Origin: Lentisphaeria bacterium
GTDB lineage: Bacteria; Verrucomicrobiota; Lentisphaeria; JABSQK01; JAWLHB01
Length of the DNA: 20,000 bases
NCBI GenBank assembly: GCA_041690595.1
Contig: JAWLHB010000019.1
Span: 122,149 to 142,148, forward strand
Reading direction: 5' to 3'
Shown here: piece after piece, positions 1 through 8,397 of the stretch
Position numbering within the stretch: the stretch's first letter is position 1
Layout: every line of letters starts with the position of its first letter
The notes under the pieces: generated by a model
What the model was told of the DNA's origin: nothing
The model's database searches: none
Seen by the model: the letters and a program-made list of their open reading frames with translations, nothing else
Program-made: the position numbers and the translations under genes

Positions 1-107
1 AGCAACGCCAGTTGCCCGCCATCGATTCCCTCTCCGGGAAATACCGCGGCACGCATCGACCACGCCCACAACGGCGCGTGCGGAAAACCATTTGGCGCAT
101 TCGACAT
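1..107 (-). CDS. Probable 5' end of the next gene in operon B (runs off the window); start uncertain
   Basis: ATG at 107 lies 1 nt after the TGA (111-109) of the upstream gene, and the frame is open to the window edge (MSNAPNGFPHAPLWAWSMRAAVFPGEG...). An alternative ATG at 22 in another frame (MAGNWRC...) has a GGAGAGGG RBS-like sequence. Confidence 0.35.
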   Translation of the reverse strand, partial: MSNAPNGFPHAPLWAWSMRAAVFPGEGIDGGQLAL

Positions 108-108
108 C

Positions 109-2169
109 TCAGCGGATTTCCTTCAGATGATGGTGCAGCTCGACCGTCGCCTCCGCCAGCGCCCGCCGCACCGTCGGAAGGCTCTCCGGACGCAGGCTGT
201 TGAGATAATGAAACCAGGCGCCGCCGATGCCGCCGAAATGGCTCTGCCGCACCTCACGCGCCCGCGTCAGCGCCCCATCCAGCTCCGCCGGTGCATCGGC
301 CATCGCGAGGCGCTCTCCGGCTGCCGCCATCGCCCGATCCAGCGCCTGCAGATAGCGGACATCGTCGACACCTTCCCGAAACGCTTCCCAGCGCAGCGAA
401 GGAATCGGCCGCCCCTCCTCATCCGGATAGCTCACGGCATGCATATGGCGATCCCCCGCGTAAACCGTCTCGGTAGTCGAATCCGCATAGCCCCAGGGTG
501 CCGTCCCCGCGAAGCCGGCGGCGCTGTTGTAGAGACCCGCCAGGGCTCGATAGTAGCGCGGATACGCCACCGAGGTCACCCAGTACGAAATCGGCACGAA
601 GCCCTGCTCCCGTGCATAAGCCGCTGCTCCGCTGTTTGCATGAAAGACATAGATGTTGAGCACCGGCCGATCAATCACATCCCGCAGCGCTTCCCACGCC
701 CGCTGGCTGTTCAGCGCCGTGAACATATGAAGCCCCGCCTTCAGCCGCCGCTCCGCTTCCTTGCGGCAACGCTCCACCGCCTCCCCATGCGGTTCGTCGA
801 TCCCATAGTAATAAAGATCTGGAAAGCCCAACTCCTGAGCCGCCTTCACCTGCTCCGGCGCCTGCGAACTCGGCCACCCCATGATCACCGGCGACTCCGT
901 CATGCCCCCCCGCCGGGCCAACTCCAGCGTCCCCAGTCCCCCATAGAGCGTCACCCCGTTACAGCCATGCCGCACCTGATCCTCCAACTCCGCCAGATAT
1001 CGCTCCTCCGTGATGTAGTTGGCCCGATCGGCATGCACCGTCTGCGCCGGATAATAGACGCCGTACCATCCCTCCACCGGCAGCAGCTCCATCGCCAGCA
1101 CCTCCAACTCCACCGGCACCCGCAGCACCCCGCGCTCTCCTTCCAGCACCAGCATCCCCTCATAGAGCCCCGGCGGCGACCCCTCCGGCACCTCGATCAC
1201 CAAGTGAAACTGTCGGCTCGTATGCGCCCCCAGCGCCGTCCGGCAACTACCACCGCCGAATCCGCCCTGCTTGCCCGTCGGCGGCAACGCCGTCCGGTCG
1301 TCACGAAGAAGCAGGTCCGCCATCAGCCCCGGCCGTGCCTTCCCCTCATACAGCGCCATGATGCGCTCCCGAAGGTGCACTACCCGCGCATCGATCCGCG
1401 ACGCCGCGATCTCCACCCCATCCGGGCCCCGCAGCCGCTCCAGGCTGACCGAAAACTCTCCCGTCTCCACAAGCGCCCGCACGCCAAACGCCGCGCTCAC
1501 CCCCTGCCCGGCAGCGCCCCACATCCGCAGCACCGTCAGCAGCTCTTCCGGTTTCGGCACAAAGTCATTCAAGTGCTCCGACGCATCCTCCAACCGGGCA
1601 ACCACGAAACCATGCTCGCCAGCCGCATCCCGCAGCGCCGAATCGTCCCGATAGCTCCGCGTTGCGCTTCGCACCGGCTCCTCCAGCGGCGGCGGCAGCG
1701 TCGCTCCTTCCGGCTCCAGCTCGCTATCCAGCGTCAGCAGCACCGCATCCAGCATCCCCCCGCCAACTTCGATATCCAGATGATACGCCCCCGCCGTCAG
1801 GCTGATCCGCCCCAAATGCTGCCAGACATACCACGCCCCGCCCGCGCCTCCGCGACCCGCGCTCAGCGGCTGCTCGTCCACCAGCACCCGCACCGAGCCA
1901 TAGCCCCCATACTTGCGGCACCACACATGGTACTCCCCCTCCTCTGGAACCTCCACGATCCACGTCAGCCGGCCCGTTCCCCACGCCGCCGCGCCTCCCA
2001 GCACCTCGCTCCCCCCATACTCGGAGCCATTCGGATAGAATCCCCAGGCCGGCATCAGCGCACGGCCCGTTGTCCACAGAATGCCCGCTTCATCGTCGGC
2101 CGCGGGGGCATGCAGCGCCAGGCACAGCGCCAGTACACAGCCCATCCTCGCCAGTCTGAAACTCCTCAT
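109..2169 (-). CDS. Secreted glycoside hydrolase family 123-like / DUF4091-domain protein (686 aa) with an N-terminal beta-sandwich carbohydrate-binding-like module
   Basis: Start moved to ATG 2169, which gives an ATGA overlap with the upstream stop and a GGAG RBS. Signal peptide MRSFRLARMGCVLALCLALHAPAA. Jelly-roll-like segment VEVPEEGEYHVWCR...LTAGAYHLDI; Ig-like IEVPEGSPPGLYEGMLVL; YYYGIDEP motif; C-terminal PIPSLRWEAFREGVDDVRYL typical of DUF4091/GH123-like proteins. Confidence 0.75.
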   Translation of the reverse strand: MRSFRLARMGCVLALCLALHAPAADDEAGILWTTGRALMPAWGFYPNGSEYGGSEVLGGAAAWGTGRLTWIVEVPEEGEYHVWCRKYGGYGSVRVLVDEQPLSAGRGGAGGAWYVWQHLGRISLTAGAYHLDIEVGGGMLDAVLLTLDSELEPEGATLPPPLEEPVRSATRSYRDDSALRDAAGEHGFVVARLEDASEHLNDFVPKPEELLTVLRMWGAAGQGVSAAFGVRALVETGEFSVSLERLRGPDGVEIAASRIDARVVHLRERIMALYEGKARPGLMADLLLRDDRTALPPTGKQGGFGGGSCRTALGAHTSRQFHLVIEVPEGSPPGLYEGMLVLEGERGVLRVPVELEVLAMELLPVEGWYGVYYPAQTVHADRANYITEERYLAELEDQVRHGCNGVTLYGGLGTLELARRGGMTESPVIMGWPSSQAPEQVKAAQELGFPDLYYYGIDEPHGEAVERCRKEAERRLKAGLHMFTALNSQRAWEALRDVIDRPVLNIYVFHANSGAAAYAREQGFVPISYWVTSVAYPRYYRALAGLYNSAAGFAGTAPWGYADSTTETVYAGDRHMHAVSYPDEEGRPIPSLRWEAFREGVDDVRYLQALDRAMAAAGERLAMADAPAELDGALTRAREVRQSHFGGIGGAWFHYLNSLRPESLPTVRRALAEATVELHHHLKEIR

Positions 2170-5100
2170 TGCGCCGCTCCGGTCGACGGTTCGCCTGCAC
2201 CAGCGCTCAGAATAAGCCGCGCAAAGTTGAGGGCATTCCATTGCCAGTCTTCCCGATCCGAGGAGAAGGCGAAGCCCTGACGTCTGCCGCTGTTGATGAG
2301 GTCCAGATTGAAGCCGACATCCGCACCCGCCAGCGGCGCCACCAGGATATCCCGCAAGGGGATCGCCACCTCCATCGTATAGCCGCCATCGATCTCGCGC
2401 ACCGCACTCCGCACCGACGCCGCCGAGAAGCCCGAAGGTCCCGTTCCATACTTGCGGCCGGTGATGCTCACCAGCAGCGCATTCTGCCCGGCATTGTACT
2501 TCGCGTCATACAAGGCGCCGCCCACGGTCAGGGGCGCGGTGTTCGCCGCGTTGATCACCAGATTGATCCCATCATAGTTCCAGACCCAGTTGAAGTCGCC
2601 CCCCAGCTCTTCCGTTCGCCGTGGCGTCTCATCCCGCGCGATCACCAGCAGATATAGATGCTCGTCATCCCATTGAAAGGCAAAGTCGCCGCCGCTGCTC
2701 TCCGTGCCCTTCACCGAGTACCGCGGCACGTGCCGCCATTCCTCCGCCACCCCATCGATCGTCACGCCAGTAGTCGCCCGGATCGCCTCGACTCGGTCCT
2801 GAGGATACGCAAACGGCGCCGTGAAGCCGCGCAAGCCAACCGCCTTCTCCATCAAGAGACCCGCCCGCTCGTAATAGCCCATCGACGCCGCCTGCAGCGA
2901 AGCGCTCATCAGCGCCAGCGCCTCCGCCCGAACGGGCGCCGACAGCCTGCCACCTTCCAGCCTCGCCTTGGCCATCTCCCACTCACCATGGCTCCACCCG
3001 CTTTGTCCCGCCTCGCGCGCCTGCCGAGGCGTGACACTCCCGCTGCCCACAAGCTCCGCATGGCCCAGCATCAGAATCGTTCCCTCCCCCGGCGCCAGCC
3101 GCAGGCGGATGATCGTCGCCCCTTCCTCAAGCTCCACCGGCACCCGCCAGTCGCCGTACAGCGTCCTCTCCGTCACCTGCCGATAGCGCCCCTCCACCGT
3201 CAACTTCTCCTCCAGCGTATCCCGTACCGATTGGTTGACGACCGCCAGGTACAGTCGCCCGTGCAGATCGCGTCGCGGCACCACATGAAAGCCGTCATCC
3301 AGCGTCTTGCGCACCAGCGGCGTCACCCGCTGCGCCACCTGGTTGAGCACGTACTGCCGGAGGCCGTTCTTCCCCAGCGGCCCCGTCGCCACCAGCACCT
3401 TGCCTTTCCCAAGCCGCCCCTCGTACACTATCGGCGTCCCATCCGCCAGGCTCAGGTCCACCCTGGCCTTCGGCTCCTCGGCCCCTTCCACCTTCCAGAA
3501 CCAGCCGCCGAAATGGCTGCTCGCATAGTCGCCGAGCGACCGCAGATAGTCGATCGAGTCGCTGCTCAGCCGATTCTCCGTCAGCCGTTCATGCCCGCCA
3601 TACGAGAACGTCACCTCTCCCAGAGCCTCCTGAAGAAGCGTCTTCAACGGCCTTCCGTACTCATCGAAGGCGCCTACCGGCCCGGAGCTGATCAGGATGC
3701 CTCCCCGCTTCACCCACTCCGCGATCTCCGTCGCCACGTCCGGCTTCAGCCAGGCCGCCCACGGCGCGATCAGCACCCGCAGAGAGTAGAGATCCTCCCG
3801 CCCATCCCCGATCGCATCCTCGTGCACCACCCGATACCCGTAGTCCGAATGGTAGAACCACCCGTGCATCGGCAGCATCTCATGCTCGAACTCGTTGTAC
3901 GGCCAACTGTTGATGAAGGTGGTCGGCGAGTACAGCAGCCCCACTTGCGCATCCACCACCTGCGTCTTCCGGATCACCGAATCGTAAAGATCCGACTTCT
4001 GTCTGACTATCCGCAACGCCGCTCCGGAGCTGCTCACTGGCGACACGAAATCCGAGTCGTACAGGTACGGCCCACCATACGAATACGCCCGGAACATCGA
4101 TATCTGCGATCCCCAGAACATGAAGAGACGCACATTGTAGAACGTCTGCAGCAGCAGGTGCTGTTCCGCCGCCGCACGCAGCTCTTCCATCCCCACGAAG
4201 CCGCCATAGTACGGCCCATAGATGTTGACCTCACCGTCCGATATCGGCGTGCCACTGTATTTCGACAGCGCGAGCTGCCACATCCGCTGCGCATCCTGGC
4301 CCAGCGACCCCGTGTGCACGCCGGCAATGTCCGCCGCGTCGAAAAGCGCCAGCTGGTCCATGCCATGCCGCGGCAGGTAGTCGTACCGGCCCCAGCCCTC
4401 CAGCCACATGCTGGCCTCCGGATCGGCCTCCTTCAGGTGCTTCTTCGCCTCCACCCACCATTGCGTAAAGCTTTCCCGCCGGAACGCCTCGAAGGTATAG
4501 GTCAACCCGCTTGCCTGCGTCCGCAACACCTCACCTGCCGGCGGCGGCGGTTCGATCGCCGCAAACGACCCATACTCCGCGCCCCAGCTCGCGTTCAAGC
4601 TCTCGATGCTGCCGTATCGCTCCTCCAGGTAGCGGCGGAAAGCGCTTCTGGCCGACTGGCTGTACCCTGTCCCTCCATTCAGCTCCGTCCAGCAGTAAAG
4701 TTTCTGAATGTACGGCTTGTCCTTCAGTTCCCCCGCGAGCGCCCCGATCGAGCGGTGAAAGTACGCCGCTGCATCCGGATTCCAGATGTTCCACAAGTAC
4801 TTGCGCTCGTTGCCCTTGGCGTCCACGTCCCAAAGGCCATCCGCCGACTTCTTTTTCAGCCACGCCGGCGCCCAGGAGAGCGATGTCACATGATGCTCGT
4901 GGTGCCCCACCAGCGGCGCTACGTCCCACCCGTTCGCTCGCAGATTCCGCAGACGGTTCCGCAGATGCGCCAGACCCGCCGCGACGGGCTTCCCCTCCTC
5001 GTCGACCGCCAACGAACCGCCGAGGTACCCCATGGTCTCCACCCCGAATATCGACAGATACCTGCCGTTGGCATTGTACGGGTCGCGATCCTCCCAAGGG

Positions 5101-6302
5101 GAGTTGGCAAAGGCGGTGAACAGCACCCGCTCCCGGAACGACGGTGCTCCCGCGGGCCCCCGCGGCGCCACCTCCGAGATCGTGCCCTCACCTTGGAACA
5201 ACCCCGGCACGCTCTTCAACCGCGCGAATCCGCCGATGCTGCTCGCCAGCAGAAGCTCCGCTGCCTCCCAACTCTTCGCCAGCGATTCCAGACTCTCCGA
5301 CAGGACCGCCGCGTAACAACTCCAGTCACCCACAACCAGCGCAAACCTGCCGTCATAGTAGAACCGGTCCGCGGCCAGCGCCGAACGCTCCACCACCGCC
5401 GCCAACTCGGCGATCCCCTGCTCGATCTCCCGCCCGGCCGGCAGCCCCCGCACCCGTGTCGGCTCCCGCTCCATCAGCCGCAGCAGCGCCCGACCCGCAT
5501 CCTCCGCTTCGACCCGGTGCGCGTAGACCTTCGCCTGCTCCACCATCAGGTCCGATACATCCTGGCGCCAGATCTCGAGCAGGTTCTCCGAACTCGCATA
5601 CTCCCCATAAGCCGCCAGAAGTGGATGCCGTGCCAGGTTGCCCATCGCCTCCTCCCGATTCGGCAGCAGGTAAAGCTCGATCCGCTGCACGTACAGCGTT
5701 GTCGGTGCCTCCAGCTTCAGAAAGCCCCCCTCCAGCGCGTTGTCGAAGCTCATGCCATCCGCCACCACCATCTTCCGGACCAGCCTCGGCTGGAAAATCG
5801 GATCCTTCGAGTACGGATTCCCGGAAAGCTGAAAACGGCCCGATCCACCCTTCTCGGCCCCCAGCCAGGAGAGCGTGATGCTGTTGTTGCTCCGGTTGCT
5901 CTCCGTCGTGTCGTAAACCGTGATCACCAGCGCCACCGGCCCCGCCGCCACCCCCGACAGATTTCTCGTCGCCAGCACCAGCGATGGCGCCTCGATCCTG
6001 GCTCTCCGGCCGGCTGGATCCGTCACCCCGGGAAAGCCCGGATTCGGCATGTCCGCCGGCCATTCCAGCGGCTGTGAGACCGGTGTGGGCGACAGCTTGG
6101 CAAAGCGCCCACCTGCGTACTCCACCACCGTCGGCGCCTCGCCTACGATCTCCAGATTGTACGCCCCCCCTTCCGCAAAATCGATCCCGGCAAGCGCTTC
6201 CGCCAACAATGTCCCTGGCAGCGCCGCCAGCAGCGCCAGCAATGCAGGCAACATCCATGCACCCAATCGTCTCATCCCGAACTGCACCTGTCGGCCACTC
6301 AT
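2166..6302 (-). CDS. Secreted GH42-like (clan GH-A) glycoside hydrolase, 1378 aa, with a beta-galactosidase trimerisation-like domain and a C-terminal CBM9-like sugar-binding domain
   Basis: AGGAG RBS before ATG 6302; signal peptide; GH42 hallmark FRRYLEERYGSIESLNASWG..Y.SF..IEPP; trimerisation-like segment LRVLIAP...IAEWVKRGGILISSG...FDEYG...GKGKVLV; C-terminal IDGVAEEW...FQWDDEHLYL...GGYTMEVAIP...VGFNL. Confidence 0.8.
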   Translation of the reverse strand: MSGRQVQFGMRRLGAWMLPALLALLAALPGTLLAEALAGIDFAEGGAYNLEIVGEAPTVVEYAGGRFAKLSPTPVSQPLEWPADMPNPGFPGVTDPAGRRARIEAPSLVLATRNLSGVAAGPVALVITVYDTTESNRSNNSITLSWLGAEKGGSGRFQLSGNPYSKDPIFQPRLVRKMVVADGMSFDNALEGGFLKLEAPTTLYVQRIELYLLPNREEAMGNLARHPLLAAYGEYASSENLLEIWRQDVSDLMVEQAKVYAHRVEAEDAGRALLRLMEREPTRVRGLPAGREIEQGIAELAAVVERSALAADRFYYDGRFALVVGDWSCYAAVLSESLESLAKSWEAAELLLASSIGGFARLKSVPGLFQGEGTISEVAPRGPAGAPSFRERVLFTAFANSPWEDRDPYNANGRYLSIFGVETMGYLGGSLAVDEEGKPVAAGLAHLRNRLRNLRANGWDVAPLVGHHEHHVTSLSWAPAWLKKKSADGLWDVDAKGNERKYLWNIWNPDAAAYFHRSIGALAGELKDKPYIQKLYCWTELNGGTGYSQSARSAFRRYLEERYGSIESLNASWGAEYGSFAAIEPPPPAGEVLRTQASGLTYTFEAFRRESFTQWWVEAKKHLKEADPEASMWLEGWGRYDYLPRHGMDQLALFDAADIAGVHTGSLGQDAQRMWQLALSKYSGTPISDGEVNIYGPYYGGFVGMEELRAAAEQHLLLQTFYNVRLFMFWGSQISMFRAYSYGGPYLYDSDFVSPVSSSGAALRIVRQKSDLYDSVIRKTQVVDAQVGLLYSPTTFINSWPYNEFEHEMLPMHGWFYHSDYGYRVVHEDAIGDGREDLYSLRVLIAPWAAWLKPDVATEIAEWVKRGGILISSGPVGAFDEYGRPLKTLLQEALGEVTFSYGGHERLTENRLSSDSIDYLRSLGDYASSHFGGWFWKVEGAEEPKARVDLSLADGTPIVYEGRLGKGKVLVATGPLGKNGLRQYVLNQVAQRVTPLVRKTLDDGFHVVPRRDLHGRLYLAVVNQSVRDTLEEKLTVEGRYRQVTERTLYGDWRVPVELEEGATIIRLRLAPGEGTILMLGHAELVGSGSVTPRQAREAGQSGWSHGEWEMAKARLEGGRLSAPVRAEALALMSASLQAASMGYYERAGLLMEKAVGLRGFTAPFAYPQDRVEAIRATTGVTIDGVAEEWRHVPRYSVKGTESSGGDFAFQWDDEHLYLLVIARDETPRRTEELGGDFNWVWNYDGINLVINAANTAPLTVGGALYDAKYNAGQNALLVSITGRKYGTGPSGFSAASVRSAVREIDGGYTMEVAIPLRDILVAPLAGADVGFNLDLINSGRRQGFAFSSDREDWQWNALNFARLILSAGAGEPSTGAAQ

Positions 6303-6346
6303 TCTACGCTCCTGTTGCGGTGTTCTTCAGCGATGACGACCAGCAC

Positions 6347-7102
6347 TCACTTGGAGATATTGTAGGGCACCCACCAGCCATGCCGCGGGGCTTTGAGCGA
6401 CGGATTGTTCCACTCATACTCATTGTAGCGATCGACCCGGTAGTCTGCCAGCAGCGTATTGATGCGAAACTGCGTGTGCCGGAAAATCGTGTCGTTCCCG
6501 TAAGTCCCCGGATAGCCCGTGCGGAAAGCATAAAGCCCCGCCAGCATGCCGGTACCCCCTTCCTTGTCTCCCGTGCCGTTCTGCCTGAATTCGCAGTCGA
6601 AGAGAATCGGCGCAAAGCTCGGATCCAGTATCCGGCTCTGCCGGATCGGCCCCCATCCCGACGGATTGTACCAGGTGCCATTGGCATTGTAGCCCATCCC
6701 CTGCTCGATCCCGTACGAGTGGTTCTTCCACACCCCGTCCACCTGCTTGAAGTTCATCGACACGTGCGCCGTAAAGAAATCCACCCCGGGTGTCCGCGTC
6801 CCATCCGCCGGACAGTCCCAGACCGCCATCGGCGTATAGCTGTCCCGTATCATCCGACCGAACAGATTGCGTACATCCGTCCATGTATTCCAGTACGACG
6901 GTGGCAGTACACTGTCGTTCTCATCCACCAACTGCGCATGACCCAGCCCGATCTGCTTTAAATTGTTCATGCACGCCGTCTCACGCGCCTTGTTCCGTGC
7001 CTGCGACAGCGCCGGCAGCAACATCGACGCCAGGACCGCGATTATCGCCACCACGACCAGCAGCTCGATAAGGGTGAAATAACGCTCATGTCGACAAGTC
7101 AT
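6347..7102 (-). CDS. Prepilin-type N-terminal cleavage/methylation domain protein (DUF1559 / H-X9-DG-like), 251 aa
   Basis: Class III signal [46 protein letters not shown]; internal WDCPAD; degenerate C-terminal motif [24 protein letters not shown] before ATG 7102; the ORF-track start at 7144 is less likely. Confidence 0.9.
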   Translation of the reverse strand: MTCRHERYFTLIELLVVVAIIAVLASMLLPALSQARNKARETACMNNLKQIGLGHAQLVDENDSVLPPSYWNTWTDVRNLFGRMIRDSYTPMAVWDCPADGTRTPGVDFFTAHVSMNFKQVDGVWKNHSYGIEQGMGYNANGTWYNPSGWGPIRQSRILDPSFAPILFDCEFRQNGTGDKEGGTGMLAGLYAFRTGYPGTYGNDTIFRHTQFRINTLLADYRVDRYNEYEWNNPSLKAPRHGWWVPYNISK

Positions 7103-7169
7103 GGCTCTTAACCTCAATTTCCATGGTTCCTTCATCCCGCGCATCGCGAAGTCGATACCCGAATCACAC

Positions 7170-7179
7170 GTCCAGACAA
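7170..7179. promoter_or_regulatory. Possible GntR-type operator (GTCCAGACAA, near-palindrome) just downstream of the operon B promoter
   Basis: GTCCAGAC is one mismatch from the palindrome GTCTAGAC (GT-N-TA-N-AC, HutC-type GntR box pattern) and lies about 10 nt downstream of the predicted -10. Confidence 0.25.
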
Positions 7180-7189
7180 CACTCCTTCA

Positions 7190-7218
7190 AGTCTATCGGC
7201 TTAAACCGCGGTATACAA
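7190..7218 (-). promoter_or_regulatory. Sigma70-like promoter of operon B: -35 TTGTAT, 17-nt spacer, -10 TAGACT
   Basis: The minus strand reads TTGTAT-accgcggtttaagccga-TAGACT. The same architecture occurs upstream of the other pilin gene. Confidence 0.6.
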
Positions 7219-7232
7219 ACCACCCCGCAAAA

Positions 7233-7398
7233 AGCATCGAGGGGTCTGGGGAGGTGCGCCTCCCCAGCGGGGTCCGGGGCGGCGCCCCGCCGATCGTCCC
7301 CGCGTCTCACCTATCCTCCTGGTCAAGAGCATCGAGGGGTCTGGGGAGGTGCGCCTCCCCAGCGGGGGCCGGGGCAGCGCCCCGCCGATCGTCCCCGC
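7233..7398. repeat. Two direct copies (7233-7303, 7328-7398) of a 71-bp REP-like double-hairpin element
   Basis: AGCATCGAGGGGTCTGGGGAGGTGCGCCTCCCCAGCGGGG(T/G)CCGGGGC(G/A)GCGCCCCGCCGATCGTCCCCGC, 2 mismatches, period 95 bp. Hairpins CTGGGGAGG-tgcg-CCTCCCCAG and CGGGGC-nnn-GCCCCG. Confidence 0.9.
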
Positions 7399-7411
7399 CT
7401 CCCCCTCTCCA

Positions 7412-8332
7412 TCAGCTCAGCAGGCGCGCCACCAGATCGTCGGCGAAGGCTTCGTAATCCTGCCATTCCAGCGCCACCTCGAAAGGCTGCCCGGCGGCCG
7501 CCTCCCGCGTGTACCCTTCGTCATCCACCGCCACCCGCATGCTCTGCATCTTCAGCCAACGGGTCGTGTGCGCCAGGTGAACCGCCACGCAGTCAAAAAG
7601 CACCGACGTATGTTGCGCGAACTCGGCACTCTCCCCCGACCAGATCCTGTAGTTCTCGATCACCGCCCGCATCAGCGGATCGCTCGACTCGCGAAGACGC
7701 CGGTAGCGCTCCCCGTCGAGCACCACCCGCGCGCAGGTGTCCAGCGGCGTAATCGTCGCCTGCCGCCAAGGCGCCGAAAAGACCGTCTGCGCCGACGCCA
7801 CATCGCAGAGCACATTCCATTCCGGCCGCTCACCCGGCTCCATGCTCAGCCGAACATTGGTGCCGATGTGCCAGTGAAAGCTGCCATGCATCCCCACGAA
7901 GCGGCACCGTGTCGCCAATCGCGGCTCCCGCCGCAGCGCCTCCGCGATGTTCGGCACGGGCCCGATACAGATCAGTGTCATCGGCTCTTCACTGCTCATC
8001 GCCGTCTCGATGATGGCCTCCACCGCATCCCCATGCACCCGCCCCGGATACCCCGCCAGATCATACTCCTCTACCCATGCCGACTGCCGTTTGTGCGTCG
8101 GGCGACCCACATTCGGGATGCCGATCCCCACCGGCACATCGCTGCGCCCGGCAACCTCCAGCAGGCGCGCGATCAGCTTGGCGCGATAGGTCGTGTCCGC
8201 CGTATCGGCCGCCACCAGCTTCAAATCCAGCTCCGGCGACTTGAGCAGCAACGCCAGTGCCCACGTATCGTCGATATCGTCGCCGATATCCGTATCCAGT
8301 ATGACCGGTATGCGCTTCATGATACCACCCAT
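7412..8332 (-). CDS. Nucleoside hydrolase family protein (IU-NH fold), 306 aa, cytoplasmic
   Basis: N-terminal Asp cluster VILDTDIGDDIDDTWALALLL; VPVGIG; ICIGPVPNIAEAL; PEWNV..D; ITPLD; VLFDCVAV. Strong AAGGAGG RBS before ATG 8332. Confidence 0.92.
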   Translation of the reverse strand: MGGIMKRIPVILDTDIGDDIDDTWALALLLKSPELDLKLVAADTADTTYRAKLIARLLEVAGRSDVPVGIGIPNVGRPTHKRQSAWVEEYDLAGYPGRVHGDAVEAIIETAMSSEEPMTLICIGPVPNIAEALRREPRLATRCRFVGMHGSFHWHIGTNVRLSMEPGERPEWNVLCDVASAQTVFSAPWRQATITPLDTCARVVLDGERYRRLRESSDPLMRAVIENYRIWSGESAEFAQHTSVLFDCVAVHLAHTTRWLKMQSMRVAVDDEGYTREAAAGQPFEVALEWQDYEAFADDLVARLLS

Positions 8333-8344
8333 AATAACCTCCTT

Positions 8345-8369
8345 TTCCACTTCTTCCACTTCTTCCACT
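8345..8369. repeat. Short 9-nt tandem repeat (TTCCACTTC x ~2.8) abutting the nucleoside hydrolase RBS
   Basis: ttccacttc-ttccacttc-ttccact read directly from the sequence. Confidence 0.7.
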
Positions 8370-8397
8370 CCGCGTCCCCGCCTCTCCGCGTCTGCCC

